Positions 11,137-20,576 of a stretch of 24,297 nt of DNA are shown here, piece after piece. The notes under the pieces are model-generated. The model ran no database searches. It saw nothing but the letters and a program-made list of their open reading frames with translations, and was not told where the DNA came from. The DNA comes from Albugo candida (taxonomy: Eukaryota), in NCBI GenBank assembly GCA_040437565.1, contig JBDOQK010000050.1:248001-272297 (forward strand). Reading direction: 5' to 3'. The translations under genes were made by a program, and so were the position numbers. Within the stretch, counting starts at the first letter, position 1, and each line of letters begins with the position of its first letter.

Positions 11137-12063
11137 AGCGGCACTGAGATCAATCAATTCTGCGGAGGAATCCGTGCTTGTCGGTATTTTGGACATGGAG
11201 CCATTTGTACATTGTTGCAGATACAGGGGTACTTGATGAGAATGCTTTATTTCTGGAACCATACCAAATTTCTACAAAATAGGTCACATGTCGGCAATCA
11301 TATCGGTAGCAGCACATCGAAACATCAATTTGAAGCTTACACTGAACACATCATGCTTCTGCTGTACAGACTCAGAAGGTGATCCAGGACCCTCGGAAAT
11401 AACTGATTCATCCAGCTGTTCAGTATGTCGTGGTTGGTCTTGTAGTGTAGATTCAATCGTGGCTGGTTTCAGTTGTACGCCATCATTCAGAGCACGAATC
11501 GAACGGGGCGGCGATTCTGGAAGCCCATACTCACTATTTTCCGACCGTTCTTTCGGCTCTTCTCCGTCCCATTCATCCCATTCGTTCTTGTCATCATCCT
11601 CACCCGCAGCATTATCGATCCGAGTGTATTGGCCCTTACTCTTTTCTTCTTCTACGTTGGGGCCCTTTGATGTTGTAACAGTCTCAGATTGACTCCAGCC
11701 AAGTTTTCGTTTTCGACCACACAGAATAAGAAATACAGCACATAAGCCAAACGCAGCTACAAAAAGTAAAGGATTCACTTTTTCGATTCTACCACTAGCT
11801 GTGTCAAGTGACAAAGTGTTATTCCCTCGAGGCGACTTGAAACTTCCAGAGCGTATGTTGGTTGTTGTTTCATTGTCCTCATGAAAAGAGAGATCAGCTG
11901 GAGTTTGTTTACCCGAAGGTGCAACTAATTCCTGATCGCTAGGTAGTGCTAATGGCAGATCGATAGAAGCCACGCCCTTTTCCGAAGTAGCACTCTCATC
12001 AGGATCCCTTTTATCACGTGTATCTTCATCATTGCGCTTCAATTGTCTCAATTGTGGTGTCAT
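11077..12063 (-). CDS. Hypothetical single-pass membrane protein (at least 305 aa) with an acidic, Trp-motif-bearing tail; EBAG9/RCAS1-like motif order
   Basis: Exon 12063-11341 and exon 11271-11077 are joined by a phase-0 intron at 11340-11272 (GTAAGC...TTTTGTAG, 69 bp), giving ...HDVFS|KFGMVPEIK...AWGDDDDWAQGI*. One hydrophobic helix, PLLFVAAFGLCAVFLILC, is followed by GRKRKL. The true 5' end is uncertain. Confidence 0.75.
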
Positions 12064-12147
12064 ATGCCGTAAATGTAGTGCAGAGAATTGGTTAAATCAG
12101 CGCTTAGCACGCAGTTAATTTGGTGTTACCAATCTAAAAGGAGCGTC

Positions 12148-12279
12148 CTGAAGTGAAGTCTACNNNNNNNNNNNNNNNNNNNNNNNNNNNNNNNNNNNNN
12201 NNNNNNNNNNNNNNNNNNNNNNNNNNNNNNNNNNNNNNNNNNNNNNNNNNNNNNNNNNNNNNNCTGAAGTGAAGTCTAC
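12148..12279. repeat. 16-bp direct duplication ctgaagtgaagtctac (12148-12163 = 12264-12279) around the 100-N gap 12164-12263
   Basis: Seen directly; same overlap pattern as the other three gaps. Confidence 0.85.
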
Positions 12280-12511
12280 ACAATATAATAGGCATGTGCA
12301 ACGAAGACATTCATAAAGGCACTGACAATGCCAAATTTTACGACTTTTTTTCTTCGTTTCGTAATTGCAATTTCACAGCGACAACAATTTTTGATGTGGT
12401 AGTTAGGGAGCTCGTATAAGAAGAGATTTTAATATAACGTCAGCATTGTGCCGAATTCCTTGCAAAGTCATCGCTAGTATTTAACCGGTATACTTGGTTC
12501 GATATCGAGTC

Positions 12512-14645
12512 ATGAAAGATTATGAAAACTTGCATCACAGACTTGGCTCATCGTCTTCCTCATGTAATGATCGTTCGTCATCGTCGACGGAATCTACAGT
12601 TCTGCATAAGAGGAACAAAGAAAAAGGTCTTACTAGAAAGCTAATAAAACCATCTTCTCGTTCGAGATCTCGCAAAGGAAAACCAGCACACTACAGTTAT
12701 CATAGATCGCAGCTCACATTACTAGAACGTTTGTTATTATCGTCTTGGGAAAAATGGAAGCGTCATAGGCGATTCCCATACAAGCTTTTTCTTCACGTAT
12801 CGCTTTTGACACTCACATTGCTTCAAATCGGTCTATATGATGCGGCGAATTCGGCGTATATTCGTACTTCACTGGATAACTGGTAATCATCAAGCTATCT
12901 ACCTTGATTCAGAGCGATTTAAAATTCTCTGTACGCAGGCACCACTACTTCCTCCCTCAAAATTTTGCAGGCAATGATATTGCTCTCATCACAAGTCCTC
13001 ATCAAGATTTTTACACGTTGAACAGCACCATCGATGCCCTCTACTATGTTCGCAATGCATACTTCGAAGTCGTTAAATCATCAATAGCAAATTATCATCA
13101 TGTATATCTACGAAATGGGAGTGTCTTGCCCATGACTCTGACGATACAATCAAGAATGGATAATGGCCAACAAGTCGAGAAACAATTCAAAATTTTTACC
13201 AACAAGGGAGATATTGGTCCGTTTCACGCAAATATGAGCGTTCCAGATCGAAAGTCTGTGCTTCAAAAAGTACTGGCGATGAGTTTGATGATTAGGATAC
13301 GTGATCTACAGCTTGGTGAGGATTCTGGGAGTACATATGAGGAATGCTATGAATGGGAGCTAGTAATGCAATTCAAAGTGATCAAGAGAAAGAGCAAAAT
13401 AAGGTCCGTCAATTCTCCCCTAGTATTGGGTGCTTTAGTTTGACCTTATACTGATACCATACCCATGATCTGATCAGATTGATGTTTGCAAGTGCAAAGG
13501 TCGAAACTTGTGATTCAATGAAGGGAGGGTCTGCCACCTATATTTTTATTGGATTGAATGCTATCATTGCGGTTGTATGCTTCGTATACATGGCATTGAG
13601 TTTCCGTGCCATTCGGAGGTCGTTAAAGTTGTATGTTTTTTCAACTTCATATTCCTCAGACGCTGGTTTCATCGATATTGCAGAATTTCTCGCACAGGTC
13701 AGTTATTACAGGATTGCGGGGAGCAAGAAATATTGAACGGGGACACTCCTGCAAGCGAAGAACTACCTTCTTATGTTAAAAGGTGTGATGACAAAAAGAC
13801 TCATCTATATAAGAAAGCACCTTATCTAGCTCGGGATCGTCACTCGGAACAATGGCTGAATATGTCTTTAAAACTAAAGCTTAGCCTGTTTAATACCCTG
13901 TAAGTGTCACTTGATATGTTGGAAATGCTTTGATTATACACACGGTTGTAGGCAAGTCGTCATATTCATATCCTTGATATCCTTACTGCTGTGCTCGTTG
14001 TGGAGCTTAATGGTGGTGAAAGATCATATACCGCTTCAGTATCCTCATCGCCTGATGTATGGTAGCGGTATTCTTTCGCTATGGATCACTATTGTGGGCT
14101 ATTTGGAGCACAATTCGTACTTATACTCTATAGTCTTGACATTGAGGTGGGCCATTCCAAGAGTTACGAAATTTCTCATCGGGGTTTTTCCTCTCTTTTT
14201 TGGATACACTCTTTTCGGCACCATATATTTCGGATCTCAAGTTGAAGAGTTTGGGACTATCACCTCGTCCATGGTGACACTATTTGCGGTGATGAATGGA
14301 GATGTTGTATTGGACACTTTTGAGACTTTATCAAGTCACTCCTTCAACATCATTGGGAACATATACTTGTTCTCGTTTATCGCTTTGTCGATATACGTCG
14401 TCCTGAACATCTTTATAGCACTTGTGGAAGAAGCGTTTTTCGCAAGCCGAGCTAGTCGAAGAAGTTTGGATGTACTATTATCCGATGCAACGAAACCATC
14501 GTCAACATCCCCTTCCAAAGACTCCTCATCGACAGAACTTGTTCAGATCATCAAGACGCTGATAGAAAAGTCCAACATGCAAAGAGAGAAAGTCTTTGAG
14601 TCCAACTATGTGAACAGGAGTCATTCATCGCTCGATGATATCTAG
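12512..14645 (+). CDS. MCOLN: Mucolipin (TRPML) family endolysosomal cation channel, 5 exons, about 632 aa
   Basis: Exons 12512-12882, 12939-13403, 13478-13630, 13684-13899 and 13952-14645 total 1899 nt, with GT-AG introns of 56, 74, 53 and 52 bp. The pre-S1/S1 segment SWEKWKRHRRFPYKLFLH matches mucolipin PxxKxxxxxRxPxKLxLQ. A large S1-S2 luminal domain follows. Pore: TLFAVMNGDVVLDTF. S6: IYLFSFIALSIYVVLNIFIALVEEAF. Confidence 0.9.
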
Positions 14646-16121
14646 GCTGTAATGATTTATCATATAAAAATTTCATAGTGATATCACCGAACTGCTAAAA
14701 AATTGCTTGGAAGTAAATGAGGTGCACGTTTCAATCATCTTTATTTGTGATGTTGAATAGCGCTTTATATGGTACTGGCTTCAAGGGATGCTTGTACGAC
14801 TCGAACGAAGTCTTTGCTGATAGTTTCAAGTTGAACGCAAACATTGAAAACGGGGTCAAAGAAACATGAAGCGTGATGATAAAGACTTTCTCTAAAAAAA
14901 GGGGCTCTCTGGTTTTAACATAATCTGATACACAGCTTCTTTCAACTCGGTTTTTTCCGGCTTATGATCACTTGGGTTTACACTTGCTGTAAAAGAAGCT
15001 GCTGCACTCCCAATGAAGAATTGGTTCTCAGAAAACGCTTGCTTAGTATATGATATGCTTAATGGTGCTCAAATGCCTTTTGCACGAATACCTGCAACAT
15101 ATCTCTGGCCCTTTCAGCAAGCATTTCACGTCCGGAGATCACACTGGCCGACACAACTTGCATCTATAATTGTGAAGTAGTTTCATGACTTGGTCTAGAA
15201 AAGGATAAAATCACTGTCTACATAAATCCTGAGAAGCGCCTAATGTCCGCATTCGAAACTTCTAAAAACAGGGATTAAGCATGTTGATCTAGCTAATTTA
15301 ATAAAAGCCAGCTCATTGTGAAGTCGTGCTCGTTCGCTACACGTGTTACGTCAAAACTCTTTACCATACTAGCTATATGGATCTATAGACCTGGTGTTGC
15401 GGCTGAAAAACCACGTGACGTACAAGCTATCTCAGCAATCATATATTCCCCCCGCTGTATTTTATTTGTATTCTGTCAGAGCTAAATTACATAAATAAGT
15501 ACCTCAGCTTATGTTCTATTGATCTCCCTTCAATCTTGTGTCCCCATTCGCTACTACAAAGAATTCCCGCTCTTGGTTATTCCTTCGAAGGAGAAAGTAT
15601 CAAATTGCCCATAGTGCTGCTGAGACGTTTCAAATAAGCTGGGTTTGGTAAGCTATCCAGCGTTTGTGGTTATCTTTTTGCATTTTTTCTGGCGCCCAAT
15701 GGAGTCAGTCGAAGCAAGACACTTGATCAGGTCCGACCACACCGCCAGTAAACATCACTAGATACTAGCTTATTTACACTCCCTTCGAATATACTTCCTC
15801 GAACAGTCGAAAACATTTCTCTGATGTTTATTAGCCTCACGGTGCAGAAGGTGACACCAGACAAATTTACCATTTGGCGATGTTGTTGCCTGCAACCATG
15901 ATTTGTGAATAGCTCAGAGATTTGTGTCAGTCTTGCTGATCTGATCTTGTCATCAAGTTCATCAAAGCTCTTATGGATTGGTTCTCGACACTGGGATATT
16001 CAAATGATGCATCATTTACTAGATGTTATAAACAGTAAAGTCGAGTAGTGAGGTCATCACATACCAGGTGAATTCACAGCAAAAATGTTCTATTACTTTC
16101 CGTCTCGGTCACTTGCAGATG

Positions 16122-18017
16122 TTATATTTGAACTAGTCGGAGACTTCGCACATCTTTGAAGCCCCGCAATGTAGCCATGATCGTCGCCGAAGGCGGGGTA
16201 TCGAGTGTCAAAATGCCCAGGGCTAGCGGTAAATTCTCCTGCCGTGCGAGGCCGAAATTCGCGATATTGATCTTTGATGTTGCAAGTTCCTTCAGAATCC
16301 GCGCAACCACGCCGGGAGAATCTTGGTTTCTGAAAAGCAACAGGTTCCCTTCTGGACGAAAGGAAGGGAAATTGTTATACTCATCGATACAGACGATTCT
16401 TGGTTCTTCACCAAAAACGCTTCCAGTCACGGTCAATTGCTGGTCCTGTTTCGTTTTCACACTTACTGTAATGGAGTTGTTCAAATGCTGGATACCATGA
16501 ACATTTTCTGCATTTTCCACGAAGCGCACGTCAATGCCATTACTCATTGCAATAAATGAAGCATTTAAAAGAGAGAGGCGATGATTTTGTGTCTCTTCGA
16601 GTGAGCGATGCTGGGCACAATTTCGTTCAGCAACAAGAAATCCTTTCATGATAGCGTTTTGCACAACAAGTCGCGCTTTTGGGGTAGAGAGATCGGCTGA
16701 TATACCTCCAGTGGTGGCCGCTGAGATACTTGCAATTGAATTTTCGTGAGCAATCTGAAGTGATAAATAGTGGTAGACAAACTTTCCTATTGCCTCTCCG
16801 AGCTGTATGAAGGGTTGCATCTCAGGCAAGAGCGTCCACGACATGAAGATTCCGTTAGAAACGCCTCGATATCCTCTTCGAGATATAGCATTACATAAAT
16901 TTTCTGCAATCGCTCGATAGAAATGTGCCAAGCTGACATGATCCATTGCAGCTGTCCGTATAGGCTTTTGATGAGTTCGAAAAAGCACGTTTGGAGACGC
17001 TGCCAGACTTTCCAGTCCATCTGGAAACGTTTTAGTGTCAGCAGTATCAGCTGGTTCTTGTAGCAAGTCAATTCCTAAACCACCAATTTTCCCTGACTTA
17101 ATGCCTCTCACTAAGGTCTTCGCTTCAAAAAGCCCAGCTTGGTCGGTGTGCTCTGCAACAGAGATTAGAATGACGCCATCATTACAGTGATACAAAGCAT
17201 CATCATCGAACATGCTGCGGGTCTTCCCTGTCAATGGAGCATGAAAACTGATTATATCAGAACTTTTGTAGAGCTCAAGCAAGGAATCACAATATTTGAT
17301 TCCCAGCATTTTGGCTTTTCCTTCACTTATATTCGGATCATATGCGGCAACTTGCAAGTCAAATGCCTTTGCTATCTCAGCGACGCAACTCCCAGCGCGT
17401 CCTAGACCAATGATCCCAAATCTTTTCTTCTTTAATGTTTGCCCAAATGATTTCTGTATTGAATCCAGGGCATTCAGATGCTCAGACCACACAGAAAATG
17501 AGAGTTGTAGTAATAATGTGAAAGCTTTTTCTGCTTCAACGGAGAGCGATTCTTCAAGTTGCATCTCGTCGAGCTGAAGTAGCATGATATCCTGATTTGT
17601 AGCTTCCATGACATCCACATTGGTGCTATCAAAACGACGGCTGGGTGTTGCGATCATTCGAAGCTTTGCTTGTGATCCTCGTTGCAAGATATTCCGCGAG
17701 AGTTTTGTTTTTGGCGATATCAGAAGGGCATCGTAATCTAGTATAAGATTTTGTAAAGTATCTCCTTCCACTCGATCGACAGGACTAGCAGCAGGACCAG
17801 ATTCGACATCTGAAGAAGTTGATTGGTATTGATCTACTTGGTGCCCACGTTGTATCAATTCAGGAACACAGCTATTCTCTGCAACCGAGGGTTGAAGGTC
17901 AATGCAAAGAATCTTATGCATTGACCTTCGCTGGTTTAAAGATATATCTTTTCTCCATTTCGCGAGGCTTCTTGCGCAAGCTGGTGCTCTTGTATGGTGC
18001 AATATTTTTGCGAGCAT
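16122..18017 (-). CDS. serA: D-3-phosphoglycerate dehydrogenase-like protein (type I architecture: substrate, NAD, ASB and ACT domains), predicted mitochondrial presequence, degenerate active site
   Basis: Intact 631-aa ORF. Rossmann motif FGIIGLGRAG...AAYDP, SDIISFHAPLTGKTRSM, an ASB-like region ending VTGSVFGEEPRIVCID, and a C-terminal ACT domain LLFRNQDSPGVVARI...INIANFGLAR. The first about 33 aa are rich in Arg/Lys/Ala/Ser with a single acidic residue. Confidence 0.88.
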   Translation of the reverse strand: MLAKILHHTRAPACARSLAKWRKDISLNQRRSMHKILCIDLQPSVAENSCVPELIQRGHQVDQYQSTSSDVESGPAASPVDRVEGDTLQNLILDYDALLISPKTKLSRNILQRGSQAKLRMIATPSRRFDSTNVDVMEATNQDIMLLQLDEMQLEESLSVEAEKAFTLLLQLSFSVWSEHLNALDSIQKSFGQTLKKKRFGIIGLGRAGSCVAEIAKAFDLQVAAYDPNISEGKAKMLGIKYCDSLLELYKSSDIISFHAPLTGKTRSMFDDDALYHCNDGVILISVAEHTDQAGLFEAKTLVRGIKSGKIGGLGIDLLQEPADTADTKTFPDGLESLAASPNVLFRTHQKPIRTAAMDHVSLAHFYRAIAENLCNAISRRGYRGVSNGIFMSWTLLPEMQPFIQLGEAIGKFVYHYLSLQIAHENSIASISAATTGGISADLSTPKARLVVQNAIMKGFLVAERNCAQHRSLEETQNHRLSLLNASFIAMSNGIDVRFVENAENVHGIQHLNNSITVSVKTKQDQQLTVTGSVFGEEPRIVCIDEYNNFPSFRPEGNLLLFRNQDSPGVVARILKELATSKINIANFGLARQENLPLALGILTLDTPPSATIMATLRGFKDVRSLRLVQI

Positions 18018-18996
18018 CGTAAAATCCTAGACATAATATCCAATCAGATTGTGAATAGCATTCGATCTCATTTGATTTGATCTAAAACTTGGCATCTTAG
18101 AAGCTCGGAAGCATCCTGGAATACTCTACCTAGAACTACTCGCAATACAAAAACATGGGTTTTCCTTCGTTTATTTTAGTCAATATGCATCGTAAGAAGG
18201 ATCGTATCACTACAGCTGCAGATATTTTATAAGGATAGTACTAAGAATGTTAAATGTACACGAAGTCACGCTTTGGTGTCCGAAATGATAACAAATCAGA
18301 AAAAAAACTCGGTACCTACTGAACATCAGCCTGTCCCAGCACCTTATGGCACAATGAAGGCCTGCGCAATACCTTAAGCGAATTTGATATCCTTTCGAGC
18401 AGCTAAAACAAAAACAACCGTTTCAGGCGCTTTATACAAGTGTTGTAGCGCGGGAGATTGCAATTGAATCGACTTGCGGATCCATTTATTTTATAGCACC
18501 TTGAATATTGAACTATTGTAGTCTGTGCTGATTAGCCGTCAAATTGAAAGGTGGCTCAATTGCTGTGTGAGAATGTCCATTTGATGGTCACCCACAACAG
18601 ATGTATGCCAATAACTAGATTGTTAGCCCGTCACAACACTCAGCAAAAAAGTGTTGTGGGCAAGAGCCGACACTGCGCAAACGCGGTCCTGGACATTTTC
18701 GAAACCAGTTCGGAATTTAGCCTTCTGATGATTTACATCGTTAGATTTCATTGTTTCGCACCCAAAAGTACGTATTTTAGTCACAGCCAAATTTGTCCCA
18801 CTTATATCTAATCCGTTTCCAGATGATACTTGTTGGGATCATGATCTTACAAAGTCATTAATGACAGCGATATTGACAGTTCTTTTCCCTCATATCAACC
18901 TTGGGCACTCAAATCAAGCGCTTCCACCGAGCATAACGGAGAGCATATAGTATTATATGCAACTTTGTCCTTGGCTACGATACTGTAACTTATAGA

Positions 18997-20512
18997 TCTG
19001 GTAAAGCAGATACCAAAAATGCTGCATTGCCGCTTACCAATAAGCTAGAAAGCTCGAAAAGCTGCATGAAATCAGGAAACATATCTTCTGCACCTTAAGT
19101 CGAAGCTGCAGGTCATACTGACAGTGATTGGAGTGCTACAGTCAAATATAGTAGGAAACCGAGATCAACAGTAAGCCTTCGCACTTACAAAGTTTTATGA
19201 ACGTAAATGTGCACATTTTACCTAGAACGCATCAGCCCTCATAAGAATTGAAATCAAATTGTCGAATATGTTTGTACACATTGCGTATAAGGAAATGACT
19301 TGTGCTCGAACACGACAGCCCCCTCCCGATGTACTTCCACGACATCTTCAGACGTCAATATCATCCACTACAGGCAAGTTGTCTCCAGCTTCAATCAAAT
19401 ACTTTCAGTCTGTAGAAGTCACTGCAAAATCATCACGTGTTGGCGTACACATATCCCGGTCGAATGAAGTAGTGTCCACGAGTGATTAATAAGCGTGAAT
19501 TAGAAATTTATTCGTGTCAAAAGAAAACAATGCAACTGATACATCAGCCTGCTCACAGACTTGTAATGCATGGACCCTTAAATCTGGCAGCTTCTATCAT
19601 ATCACCTACAATTGAGCGCGCTATAGATAGCGCATTGAAATTGATACTGCAAGATCTTGTGTGGAATCGATAACTTTCCTACCAGCCATCATCTGCGTTG
19701 AACATCGGCTGGCTTCGTGACAAAAGAGATCTGCTCATCAGGGCAGAAGTTGCTCTTCGATTGGTCTAAAGGAAGCGTTGTTATCCAATCCACATTGACC
19801 GCTCATGAGTTTTAGGGGCGAGTTGCTGCAATTTCGACATGATGCATTTAGGATGATTTCATCCGATGCGAAACTTGAAATCAACTCTCCGCCTCATCCA
19901 CCTAAAAATTTTGAAGTTGAGGAAGTTAGTTACCGAGCTTGTGTCCCTCGTGTACTGATAAGCGAATACGCAAACCAAAAGATCTTGGAGATTTTTTTAC
20001 TGGAGAATACAAGAATGCAGAGAACTACACTTTCGCTGCTTTGGGTACAAACCAGAGAGAATTATCAAAAGTGCTACGTGTTTCATTTCTGGAGCCGCAT
20101 AGATTTCCAGGAGTTCAGTCGGTTGAGTGATGCGACACAATCTATGCAAAGCGTCCAAGTGTTAAAGAAGACTATTTTATTCGAAATGGGTTGGGTGTGT
20201 TTATCCTGAGTAATCTGCATGCATGAAAGCTTATCTTTGATTTACACCGGGATGATTAGAAAGCACACGAAGAACAAGGTCGTGGTATAATTCAGGATGG
20301 ACGGACTCAGACTTCATCGTATGAGCTTGTTTCGAGGAAGAAGGTGGGCGAGAAGCTCAAATCAGATCTGCAATTAATCAAGGTGAAGTGCTCAAAGTTC
20401 AATTTGCGCGTCTAGATCTATTTACAATTAGTACAATAGTGTGATGCTCCAAGAAGTGATATAGTCAATGGGAATCGTGAGCAAGTTGGTACATCCGCAG
20501 AAAACGACAAAG
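18997..20512 (+). other. Exon-like segments upstream of the PHD gene; possible 5' exons or a disabled gene
   Basis: Several plus-strand open stretches are bounded by AG/GT. For example, a 55-bp phase-0 intron at 19171-19225 joins ...YSRKPRST to NASALIRIEIK. The ORFs 19482..19673 and 19805..20209 also lie here. I could not build a stop-free model or recognise a domain. Confidence 0.35.
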
Positions 20513-20576
20513 TAGGGTCAAGAATCATATTTTCATCGTGCTGTCAGTGCTTCTAATGTAAGATTTGGATTTTGAG

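Noticed and set aside
10221-11153. Tandemly duplicated small genes (MSIQSLLF..., MVEWKELH..., MSTAMRAT...)
   Set aside because: They come from the 378-bp assembly duplication, overlap real genes in shadow frames, and have no recognisable motifs.
8774-18017. Bacterial contamination or an amino-acid biosynthesis operon (lysA plus serA)
   Set aside because: lysA has four spliceosomal introns, the genes are on opposite strands about 6 kb apart, and eukaryote-specific genes lie between them.
19096-19673. Stop-codon reassignment (TAA read as Gln) to explain the in-frame TAAs
   Set aside because: The ABCA and PHGDH-like genes end in TAA at the expected positions, and the long genes have no internal TAA or TAG.
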